Of a stretch of DNA of 64,000 bases, positions 9,304-17,939 are shown in pieces. The stretch is from a virus. Taxonomy: Duplodnaviria > Caudoviricetes. Under the pieces are notes generated by a model. It did no database searches and was not told the origin of the DNA. It saw only the letters and a program-made list of their open reading frames with translations. The position numbers were made by a program, and so were the translations under genes. Location: IMG/VR virus record IMGVR_UViG_3300020374_000001, one strand, 5' to 3'. The stretch's first letter is position 1. The number at the start of each line of letters is the position of its first letter.

Positions 9304-9773
9304 TGACAAAACAATTTAAAATAGTTTTTATATATTTCATAACATTAGCATTTTTATCTTTCTTTGCTACTAAATTATTAGCAGATTGCACAGGTTGTGG
9401 TGATGATGGTCACCAAGTATGTCCTATTGAAAAGAAACATACACATAAAACTTTTATGAAAGAAGAACACAAAACTTCAGAGTCAACTCCTGAAGATGGT
9501 GTTGTATTTGCAGTATGTATCTTTGAACTAGGAGAAGACGGACAAAGAAAATTAGTTGACCACGTGGCAAGTGAAAACTTAATGGACTGCCTTAAAAATA
9601 AAAGAGAGGCAGAAAGAGAATACAAAGAAAATCCTGATAAAGAAGGTGTATTTAATATGACTTGTGATAAAGTAAATGCTAAAGTAAGAGTATTAGAAAA
9701 TGGTGAGTGGGAAATATTAGAGATCACAGGTAGACACGAGCAGGCATACGAAAGAAAAAAAGTTTACGAATAA
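9303..9773 (+). CDS. Secreted Cys/His-rich protein, paralog of 8998..9303
   Basis: Signal peptide; ENLMDCLKNKR motif. Confidence 0.55.
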   Translation: MTKQFKIVFIYFITLAFLSFFATKLLADCTGCGDDGHQVCPIEKKHTHKTFMKEEHKTSESTPEDGVVFAVCIFELGEDGQRKLVDHVASENLMDCLKNKREAEREYKENPDKEGVFNMTCDKVNAKVRVLENGEWEILEITGRHEQAYERKKVYE

Positions 9774-9777
9774 AATT

Positions 9778-9951
9778 ATGGAAGCTTCTGACGCAGTATT
9801 AATGTTGAGTAGATTATGGCCAATTTTTGTGGCATTTATTTTACTAATAGTCACCTTAGCGCAGGCACACTACCGAATCAAAGTATTAGAAGAAAAAGTT
9901 AAAGTCGCTTTTGAACTAATTAATAAACTTACAGACAAATTCAGTAAATAA
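9778..9951 (+). CDS. 57-aa single-TM protein (not in ORF track)
   Basis: MEASDAVLMLSRLWPIFVAFILLIVTLAQAHYRIKVLEEKVK... Confidence 0.55.
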   Translation: MEASDAVLMLSRLWPIFVAFILLIVTLAQAHYRIKVLEEKVKVAFELINKLTDKFSK

Positions 9952-9955
9952 TTCT

Positions 9956-9963
9956 TATAAATA
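9956..9963 (+). promoter_or_regulatory. T4-type late promoter for the curli-like operon
   Basis: TTCTTATAAATATA, same context as the promoter at 2166; GAGG RBS follows. Confidence 0.75.
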
Positions 9964-9984
9964 TACCTGTAAAGAGAGAGGTTT

Positions 9985-10452
9985 ATGGGAAAATTATCAC
10001 TAGCATTAGCGAGTATTTTAGTATTATTATCATTTCAATCAGCAAATTCAAGTGAACTTACTTTTGAGTTTGGGTCACCATCATTTTCTGGTAATGGTAA
10101 ATCATCACACTATCTCACAATTGAGAATATAGAGAAGACTAGAAAAGACGCTATCAAAGCACAAGAAAAAGCAGACAAAGAAAAAGCAGAAAACGAAGCA
10201 AAGAATACAGCAGTTGCTAAATTCAAAGCAAATGTTGAGGCAAGATTTTATACCGCTCTCGCAAAACAAATTACAGACAACGTATTTGGTACTGATGGTC
10301 TACAACAAGACTCAGGTACATTTACATCACCTACTGGTGGTGAAACCGTTGTATGGTCAACACCATCAGGCACAGGTAATGTTGTTGTAACCGTTACAGA
10401 ATCAGACGGAACCGTAACAACATTTACAATGCCTAAAGAGGACAACTCATAA
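9985..10452 (+). CDS. csgF: Curli assembly protein CsgF
   Basis: Signal peptide then SELTFEFGSPSFSGNG (CsgF N-terminal F.NPxFGG-like motif); directly upstream of csgG. Confidence 0.8.
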   Translation: MGKLSLALASILVLLSFQSANSSELTFEFGSPSFSGNGKSSHYLTIENIEKTRKDAIKAQEKADKEKAENEAKNTAVAKFKANVEARFYTALAKQITDNVFGTDGLQQDSGTFTSPTGGETVVWSTPSGTGNVVVTVTESDGTVTTFTMPKEDNS

Positions 10453-11468
10453 TGATAAAGTATATCGGAATATTCCTACTTTCTTTATTGTTAGTAGGTT
10501 GTGCTGGAAAAGCAAAGTTTGATGTAAGAACTCAAACGGTTGCTTATAAAGATTTATCAAATATAGAATCACCTAAAGGTGAACCTATTATAATTGCTGT
10601 CTATGATTTTTTAGATATGACAGGACAAAAGAAACCAGGTGGTTCTTTTGCGTCTATGAGTACGGCAGTAACTCAAGGATCGTATCAAATATTAATTAAA
10701 TCTTTACAAGACGCAGGCAATGGCGAATGGTTTAGAGTTGTTGAGAGATCAAGTTTACCTAGTTTATTACAAGAAAGAAAACTTATTAGATCAACAAGAC
10801 AACAAGTTAATGGTGAGGGTGCAGAACCTTTACCACCACTATTATTCGCAGGTGCATATATCACAGGTGGTATTGTTGGTTATGATTCAGATATTAAATC
10901 TGGTGGTTTTGGTGCTAGAGTATTAGGTATTCAGGCAAACAAACAATACAGACAAGATATAGTTACTATCATATTAAGATTAGTAAATGTACAAACAGGT
11001 GAAGTAGTAATATCTACAACGGTTGAGAAGACTATATTTTCTACATCAACAGGATCAGATATATTTAAATACTTTGATACTGATACAATGCTAGTTGAAG
11101 TTGAGGCTGGTTTTGCTAGAAACGAACCAGTTACTCTTGCAGTTAGAAAAGCAATTGAAAAAGGTGTAGTAGATGTTATTAATGCAGGTGTACAAAAAGG
11201 ACTATGGGAATTTGAACCTGTTAAAGAGGTAGTTGTACCAGAGATTATAGATTATGTTGATACTGAAACAGATATTTCAGTTGACATTGGTGAAGAAAAA
11301 GTAGAGAAAACTTACGAAGATTATCTTGCTGAAAAAGAGAAGGCAAAAGAAGAACGTAAGAAACAAATACAAGAAGAAGAAAAATTAAAAAAAGAATTAA
11401 AACAGGAGGAGAATGCTGATGAAACAGATAATGATAGCGATAGTGATTCTTCTGGCGACACTAAATAA
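10452..11468 (+). CDS. csgG: Curli secretion pore lipoprotein CsgG
   Basis: Lipobox LVG-C; AVYDFLDMTGQKK, STAVTQG, WFRVVER..L..LLQERKLIR, GGIVGYD, NEPV motifs. Confidence 0.92.
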   Translation: MIKYIGIFLLSLLLVGCAGKAKFDVRTQTVAYKDLSNIESPKGEPIIIAVYDFLDMTGQKKPGGSFASMSTAVTQGSYQILIKSLQDAGNGEWFRVVERSSLPSLLQERKLIRSTRQQVNGEGAEPLPPLLFAGAYITGGIVGYDSDIKSGGFGARVLGIQANKQYRQDIVTIILRLVNVQTGEVVISTTVEKTIFSTSTGSDIFKYFDTDTMLVEVEAGFARNEPVTLAVRKAIEKGVVDVINAGVQKGLWEFEPVKEVVVPEIIDYVDTETDISVDIGEEKVEKTYEDYLAEKEKAKEERKKQIQEEEKLKKELKQEENADETDNDSDSDSSGDTK

Positions 11469-12507
11469 TAGTTTCGCAGGTAACTCCGTTTATATCCAAC
11501 AAGATAATCAAAACAAATTAGGTTCTGTCTATATAAAACAAGACGGTACTAATAATAAATTTGGTATATCTACTTCAGCACCATTTGTAATAGATGGTCC
11601 TAATTTAACAATCACTATTAAACAATTAGGTAATTCAAACGAAACAGATGATACTGGCGATATGAAATTTAAAGGTGCTAATATGACCTTTGATTATATT
11701 GCAACAGGTGATTCAAATAAATTAAGATTAGATTTAGGCGATACAGACGCTGATGGACATTATTACGATATAGATGTTACAGGTTCATCAAACATAGTAG
11801 ATATAAGTGGTCATACAAGTGATGACATACAAGATACACACGTTGATTTAGATATAAGAGGAGACTCAAATGATTTTTGGGCATATGTTAGAGGTGACTC
11901 ACACTTCTTATATGTTCTTATGTCAGGAAATTCAAATGATGTAGAGTTTTATGGTGCAACGGTTTCAAGTGGTATGGTTGGTGCTAGTAAGGCAAATGTA
12001 ATGATTGGTCCTAATGTAGAATCACACGGACAATTTGCAGATACAACTGGTGATGAAGGTGCTACAATAGACATTTATATTATTGGTTCTTCAAATCAAG
12101 TACATATGGCAAGTTGGGGTAATGACAATTATCAAGTCCACGATGTTATAGGTGATTCAAATATTTTAGATGTACATCCAGACGCTATAGGTTCTCACGT
12201 AAGAATGGTTCAGTACGGCGATAATAATTATATGAAAACGGTTACAAGTGGTAACAATAACACTATAAGATATTATGGAAGTGGTGGAAGTAATAACGCA
12301 CAAATTTATCTTTACACAAGTGGTTCAATTGTAGAATTGAAACAAACAGGTGGCTCTAATACAGCAAATCTAACGGTCAATGGTGATTCAATTTATGATT
12401 ATACATTATTAGTTGACCAAGATGGTTCTGACACTTGCACATATTCATTTAATAGAAACGATCAAACTTCAGACACAACCGTTCAGTTAACTAATTCAGG
12501 TTGTTAA
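11413..12507 (+). CDS. Curlin-like (CsgA/CsgB-like) repeat protein
   Basis: Signal peptide; many ~11-aa beta repeats ending in (Q/x)xGxxN (QDGTNN, QLGNSN, TGDSN, TGSSN, QYGDNN, QTGGSN). Confidence 0.75.
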   Translation: MLMKQIMIAIVILLATLNNSFAGNSVYIQQDNQNKLGSVYIKQDGTNNKFGISTSAPFVIDGPNLTITIKQLGNSNETDDTGDMKFKGANMTFDYIATGDSNKLRLDLGDTDADGHYYDIDVTGSSNIVDISGHTSDDIQDTHVDLDIRGDSNDFWAYVRGDSHFLYVLMSGNSNDVEFYGATVSSGMVGASKANVMIGPNVESHGQFADTTGDEGATIDIYIIGSSNQVHMASWGNDNYQVHDVIGDSNILDVHPDAIGSHVRMVQYGDNNYMKTVTSGNNNTIRYYGSGGSNNAQIYLYTSGSIVELKQTGGSNTANLTVNGDSIYDYTLLVDQDGSDTCTYSFNRNDQTSDTTVQLTNSGC

Positions 12508-12508
12508 G

Positions 12509-14662
12509 ATGAGAAATCTTTATTTCATAGTATCATTTCTGGTACTTTTCTGTACTAGTGTTTTTTCTCAAATCACAAGTCCTAAAGTTGGCGAAATTGT
12601 AGGTCAAATGGGTTCTACTTTCAACGAAAGGGATGGCGGAACTGAAAAAGTTATAATGGGTTATGAATTGCAGATGAAAGACTTTTTACAAACAGGTGAA
12701 GATGGTGGTATGATAATAAGTTATGTAGATGGTACAAAGTTTACAATGGGACCTAATACAGAAAAAACAATTGATGAATTTGCTTTTGATACTTCAGTTG
12801 TTCCAATAGAATTAGCAATGAATGTATCAGTAAATGTAGGATCATTTACATATGAATCAGGTTCAGTATCTAATTTAGGTGGCGAGGTAAATATTAATGC
12901 TGGATTTGCCACGGTAACGGTACAAGGTACTGCTTTCTCAGCAAAGGTAGAAACTTCAGGTGTAGCAACTATTACTTTATTACCAGATAGTGATGGTGAT
13001 GTAGGTCAAGTTACGGTATCAACAGACGCAGGTTCTCAAACTATTACAAATGTTTACAATTCAGTTAAGGTTACATCAAACAATTTAACACCTACACCTC
13101 CTAAAATTGAAACAAATAAAAAAGATATTATAGAACTAGAACAATTTGAAGATGAAATAAAAGAAGATACATCTAAATCTTTTGGTGATACAGATAAGAA
13201 ATCTTCAATGTCTAAAGAAGAATCTAAAGCACAAGATATGGAAGAGGCATTAATTAATGAAGATGTTAGTATTGTAGAAGATACAAATGCTATTGTTCAA
13301 ACAGATATGTCAGTTAGTGAAACAGATTCAATGATTGAAACTCAATCAAAAGAAGAAAAGGCAATGGATACTGCTGCTGTAGAAAGTGAAGTAGATACAT
13401 CTTATTACGATCAATGGGAAGAAGATTTAAAAGAGTGGGATATCATAGATGAAAATAATGAAATATCAGTATGGGATGCTGATGGTGAAAAGAAAATGGA
13501 TTGGGATGACGCAAAACAAATGTACGCAGAAATGGATCAAGCATACTTTGACGCCATTGGTTGTTCAGATTGTACTTGGGATACTATTAATTGGGATGAA
13601 GTAAATTGGGATGATGTTGATTGGGATGCTTATGATAAGGCATATAATGAAACTTTAGAGAAGTATGGTCTATCATCTTGGAATGTAGAAACAGAATCAG
13701 TTGACGTAGTTGAAGAAACAAAAGATGAAACAGAAGCAGGTGTACAAGGTTATACTTGGGAAGACTTTGCAATGGATGACTCTTACTATTCAAATGCAGA
13801 ATACTTAAACAACGGTGGTCCACCTAAATTAACACAAGCAAATTATTGTGATTATAATGGTTATGATTCATCTTGGTGTAACCAAGAATACCTTGACTAC
13901 TTAAACGAATGGTATAAAGATGACTGGACTTTAAAGGTTATTGAAACCTCTTGGACTAAAAAGTCTAAAGAGATATTTGGTAAATTATATGGGTGGTGTG
14001 GAACTTATCCTAATTGGGAGATGTGTGCCGATCAACCTAAACCTTGGAAGATAAAAGATTTAAAAGACAAATATATTGCAGATTGGACTTGGGACGATTG
14101 GGATATTTACTGGCAAAAAATGAATGATTGGTGGTATGCAGGTTGGGAAGATGAACAAGCGGAAGATAGTTGGGAAGATGAATATGCTTACGAGGATGAA
14201 TACGATTTAGACGCAGAAACGGAACAATGGTTAGCAGATATAGACAATCAATGGGATTGTGAATGGTACGGATACTATTGGGATAAGGCAAACTCATCTT
14301 GTGGAACCGAGTGGGTTGATAATACCGAAGTAGAAACAGAAATAACTGCTAGTGGTGAAGAATTAAATTACCATACAGGTGATATAACACAAACTATTAC
14401 AACATCAAACGAACTTACAGGTTCATCTTCAGAAACTAGAACTGGTAGATACTCTACATTAAATAATGAATTTGACGCAACTGCCTCAACTTCAGGTGAT
14501 TACACTATAATTAATAGATATAATGATAATCATAGATCATATGTTAAAACTGAAACAGCAAACGAAGCAGACATACAAATACTACAAGACAAAGAGGCAC
14601 AACACCTTGATGTAGGTAGTAGTGAAAGTCAAAACAATATCACTATAATACAGACAGACTAA
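12509..14662 (+). CDS. Exported FecR-domain protein with acidic Trp/Cys-rich extension
   Basis: Signal peptide; D.LQTG..G...I...DGTKFTMGPNT...A.VTVQGTAF FecR signature. Confidence 0.75.
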   Translation: MRNLYFIVSFLVLFCTSVFSQITSPKVGEIVGQMGSTFNERDGGTEKVIMGYELQMKDFLQTGEDGGMIISYVDGTKFTMGPNTEKTIDEFAFDTSVVPIELAMNVSVNVGSFTYESGSVSNLGGEVNINAGFATVTVQGTAFSAKVETSGVATITLLPDSDGDVGQVTVSTDAGSQTITNVYNSVKVTSNNLTPTPPKIETNKKDIIELEQFEDEIKEDTSKSFGDTDKKSSMSKEESKAQDMEEALINEDVSIVEDTNAIVQTDMSVSETDSMIETQSKEEKAMDTAAVESEVDTSYYDQWEEDLKEWDIIDENNEISVWDADGEKKMDWDDAKQMYAEMDQAYFDAIGCSDCTWDTINWDEVNWDDVDWDAYDKAYNETLEKYGLSSWNVETESVDVVEETKDETEAGVQGYTWEDFAMDDSYYSNAEYLNNGGPPKLTQANYCDYNGYDSSWCNQEYLDYLNEWYKDDWTLKVIETSWTKKSKEIFGKLYGWCGTYPNWEMCADQPKPWKIKDLKDKYIADWTWDDWDIYWQKMNDWWYAGWEDEQAEDSWEDEYAYEDEYDLDAETEQWLADIDNQWDCEWYGYYWDKANSSCGTEWVDNTEVETEITASGEELNYHTGDITQTITTSNELTGSSSETRTGRYSTLNNEFDATASTSGDYTIINRYNDNHRSYVKTETANEADIQILQDKEAQHLDVGSSESQNNITIIQTD

Positions 14663-14670
14663 ATAGTCTT

Positions 14671-16368
14671 ATGAACAAGTTTACTTCCACGTGGGCAGTA
14701 GTGGTAAGTGTGATTATATTATTGGCGTTAAAAGTATATAATCCAATACCTTTACAGACCCTACAATTAAAAACATTTGACTTATATCAAAAGTTTGGTA
14801 ATAATTATAAATCAAAAAGTCTAGTCTTAATAGATATATCAGATAATTCATTAAACTTATATGGTCAATGGCCGTGGAAAAGAGATCAATTAGGTCGTGC
14901 TGTTATTAAAGCATATCAAAATGGTGCCGCTTTAGTTTTCTTAAATGTAGTTTTTGTACATAAAGATAGACTAGGTGGTGATGAAATGTTTTTAAAAATG
15001 ATCTCAAAGTATCCTGTTATCTTAACAGAAACTAAAGACGCAAAAAATTTAATCAGTATAAAAAGAAAAGTATTAGGTGTAGGTAATGTAGATGTACCTA
15101 TTGATGTTGATGGTACTATTAGAAAATTACCTTTAGAAAATTCTGTACCAGAAACAATACTAAAAATTATTAAGTTTAAAATACCTAAACAAGATGATAT
15201 ATGGATAGATTTTAGACATCAAATACCTAGAATAGATCACGCAGAATTAGATTGGTCATCTGTAAAAGGTAAAATTGTATTCATAGGTGCTACGTTTTCA
15301 GGTTCAACATATGTATTAACACCTGATGGTCTAAAAAATCCACACGATATAATGGCAATGTCAACTGAAACTTTATTATCAGGTAAGTATATTCAAAGAC
15401 CTGATTGGTTGCCTAAATTAGAATGGATAGGATTTATATTAGGTCTACTTGCATTTGTATTGATTATACCTAGAGTAGGTTTACTATGGTCAGCAGTATT
15501 ACTATTTGGTGCATATGCTGATATTGCTTTAGGTTCTGCTTATCTATGGCATAGTAAAATGATAATTACAGACTGGTCTTATATTGCAATTGCAATGACT
15601 ATTGTATGGACACATTTAATATATAATAACTTTGCAAGAGAGAATAGATTAAAGTTACAAATTAAAAAACAATTTGAACATTACCTAGAACCTAAAATGG
15701 TTAAGAAACTACAACAGAATCCTGACTTACTAAAATTAGGTGGTGAAACAAAAGAACTAACATTTTTATTTTGTGATATAAGAGGATTTACACCATTGTC
15801 AGAAAAGTATCAAAAGAATCCTGCAGAATTAACAAAAGTAATTAATAGATTTTTAACACCTATGACAGAAATAATTATGAGAAATGGCGGAACAATTGAT
15901 AAATATATGGGTGATTGTATAATGGCATTTTGGAATGCGCCTATTGACACACCAAAACACAAAGAGTTAGCAATAACTTCAGCACTTGAAATGATGGATA
16001 AATTAGATTATTTAAATAATATGAATGGTTTTGGAGATCAAAATAAAATAAATATAGGTATCGGAATCAATACAGGAAAATGTATTGTCGGTAATATGGG
16101 TAGTAAACAAAGATTTGACTATTCAGTTATAGGTGATCCTGTAAACTTGGCAAGTAGATTAGAGGGAGTTTCTAAAAACTATGACGCCACATTGGTAGTG
16201 GGAGAAGATACCTACCGTGATATATCTACATTATATAACTTTAAACTTTTAGACGAGGTACAAGTAAAAGGTAAATCTAATAAAGTTTCAATATACACAA
16301 TAGAGAGAGAAAATGGACTACGGAACAATAAATCTAATATTAATCACAGGACTTCTAATTTGGTATAA
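14671..16368 (+). CDS. CHASE2-domain class III adenylate cyclase
   Basis: N-terminal TM; CHASE2 motifs (IDI..SL..YGQWPWKR, DVDGTIR, GKIVFIG); 3 TMs; cyclase motifs FCDIRGFT, DKYMGDCIMAFW, DYSVIGDPVNLASRLEG, VKGK. Confidence 0.92.
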   Translation: MNKFTSTWAVVVSVIILLALKVYNPIPLQTLQLKTFDLYQKFGNNYKSKSLVLIDISDNSLNLYGQWPWKRDQLGRAVIKAYQNGAALVFLNVVFVHKDRLGGDEMFLKMISKYPVILTETKDAKNLISIKRKVLGVGNVDVPIDVDGTIRKLPLENSVPETILKIIKFKIPKQDDIWIDFRHQIPRIDHAELDWSSVKGKIVFIGATFSGSTYVLTPDGLKNPHDIMAMSTETLLSGKYIQRPDWLPKLEWIGFILGLLAFVLIIPRVGLLWSAVLLFGAYADIALGSAYLWHSKMIITDWSYIAIAMTIVWTHLIYNNFARENRLKLQIKKQFEHYLEPKMVKKLQQNPDLLKLGGETKELTFLFCDIRGFTPLSEKYQKNPAELTKVINRFLTPMTEIIMRNGGTIDKYMGDCIMAFWNAPIDTPKHKELAITSALEMMDKLDYLNNMNGFGDQNKINIGIGINTGKCIVGNMGSKQRFDYSVIGDPVNLASRLEGVSKNYDATLVVGEDTYRDISTLYNFKLLDEVQVKGKSNKVSIYTIERENGLRNNKSNINHRTSNLV

Positions 16369-16405
16369 CATATCAATATATAATTGGATAGAACGAGAAT
16401 TTTAA
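16313..16405 (+). CDS. 30-aa hydrophobic protein overlapping the cyclase 3' end
   Basis: GAGAGAG RBS-like; MDYGTINLILITGLLIWYNISIYNWIEREF; TAATG coupling to the next gene. Confidence 0.45.
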   Translation: MDYGTINLILITGLLIWYNISIYNWIEREF

Positions 16406-16836
16406 TGCCAGATACAGACATAAGAGTACAACTCGAATCACTTACAAAAGATATAGAAAATATTAATAATATTCAAGGTCGTTTAGATACTGCCATTGAT
16501 AAATTAACAGATGTATCAACGTCTATTAAATCAATGTTAGCAGTACACGAAGAAAAAATACAAAGACAAGAACAAATAGACGATATTATATTTAAGAAAT
16601 TAAAAGATAGAGATAGAGAAGTTGACGAAGTTTTTAGAGACCTACAAAGAGAAATGGATCAAGTGGAGAAACGATTATTAAACGAGATTAGGTCTTTACG
16701 TAATGATTTAACTGGTAGAGTAGGAGTCCTAGAAAAGTATAGATGGATTATACTAGGTGGATTCATTGCTGTAGGGTGGATATTATCTAAAAACTTCAAA
16801 TTTATAATGCAAATGATGTCTGGAACAGGTATTTAA
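16405..16836 (+). CDS. Coiled-coil protein with C-terminal TM (conserved T4-like; holin-like candidate)
   Basis: MLAVHEEKI motif; LEKYRWIILGG TM. Confidence 0.5.
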   Translation: MPDTDIRVQLESLTKDIENINNIQGRLDTAIDKLTDVSTSIKSMLAVHEEKIQRQEQIDDIIFKKLKDRDREVDEVFRDLQREMDQVEKRLLNEIRSLRNDLTGRVGVLEKYRWIILGGFIAVGWILSKNFKFIMQMMSGTGI

Positions 16837-16898
16837 CTTTTTATCTGTAGGAAAATTCGGCGACAATTTTTTGACTGAAAAAGTCGGTCATATTACGC

Positions 16899-16927
16899 TT
16901 GACTTTTTTAGTGAAATGTAGTATATT
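16899..16927 (+). promoter_or_regulatory. sigma70-type early promoter
   Basis: TTGACT-17-TATATT. Confidence 0.7.
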
Positions 16928-16937
16928 TAATACTGCT

Positions 16938-17939
16938 ATGTCAAGTTATATTGATCTAAAATTTATTAATGATGTTTCAAGTAGATTAAGTCAGTTTAAA
17001 AAGAAAACTGATTACTTATTCAACTTCAGATGTCCTCATTGTGGAGATTCACAAAAGTCCAAAACAAAGGCGAGAGCATATCTTTATCGTGTAAAAAATG
17101 ATATGTTTTTTAAATGTCATAATTGTGGACTAGGGCAAAACTTTGCCAACTTTTTAAAATTTGTAGACCCTAAATTATATTCTGAATATGTTTTAGAGAG
17201 ATACAAAGGATCGGCACCTGCGACACCGACACCAAAGTTTGATTTTAAACCAGTCAAGTTTAAAGATCAAACAATACTAGATGATCTAAAATCTATTTCT
17301 GATTTGTCTGAAGATCATCCTGCTAGATTATATTGTATAAAACGAAAGATACCTAAAAAGTATTTTGATATTCTATATCTATGTAATAAGTTTATGACTT
17401 TAGTTAACAAAGTAAAACCAAAAACTTACAAAGTTATTAAAGATCATCCTAGACTTATCATACCGTTTTTTGATACAACAGGAAAGTTGTTTGCTTTTCA
17501 AGGTCGTGCTTTCGGTAAAGAACAACCAAAGTATCTAACAATTAAACTAGATGAAAACAAACAAAAAATTTACGGTCTGGAACGAGTTAACTTTACAAAA
17601 GAGGTTAGAATCGTTGAAGGCCCGATTGATAGTTTATTTATTGATAATTGTCTTGCTGCCGCTGGCGCTGATTTATTTTTAAAAAATAAAATATCTAATG
17701 AAAAAGTTTTATACATATTTGATAACGAACCTCGGAATAAAGAGATCGTTGATAGAATGTATAAAGTGATTGAAAATAATTTTAACATTGTTATATGGCC
17801 AGATGATATACAACTTAAAGATGTAAACGATATGATTATCAATGGCACAAGTCCTAGTGAAATTGAAAATATTATAAGTAAGAACACATACAGCAAATTA
17901 TCGGCATTAACAAAATTAACTCATTGGAAAAAGGTTTAA
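16938..17939 (+). CDS. gp61: DNA primase (T4 gp61)
   Basis: Zn finger RCPHCGDS...KCHNC; TOPRIM VEGPIDS, FDNEPRN, KDVND; ATG start MSSYID. Confidence 0.93.
   Translation: MSSYIDLKFINDVSSRLSQFKKKTDYLFNFRCPHCGDSQKSKTKARAYLYRVKNDMFFKCHNCGLGQNFANFLKFVDPKLYSEYVLERYKGSAPATPTPKFDFKPVKFKDQTILDDLKSISDLSEDHPARLYCIKRKIPKKYFDILYLCNKFMTLVNKVKPKTYKVIKDHPRLIIPFFDTTGKLFAFQGRAFGKEQPKYLTIKLDENKQKIYGLERVNFTKEVRIVEGPIDSLFIDNCLAAAGADLFLKNKISNEKVLYIFDNEPRNKEIVDRMYKVIENNFNIVIWPDDIQLKDVNDMIINGTSPSEIENIISKNTYSKLSALTKLTHWKKV

Noticed and set aside
14671-16368. Pycsar/CBASS-type defence cyclase
   Set aside because: CHASE2-TM receptor architecture with an ATP-specifying Lys; no cNMP-binding effector nearby
16899-16937. 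Upstream TTG start for primase
   Set aside because: The TTG is the -35 hexamer of a promoter; homology-like sequence begins at ATG 16938
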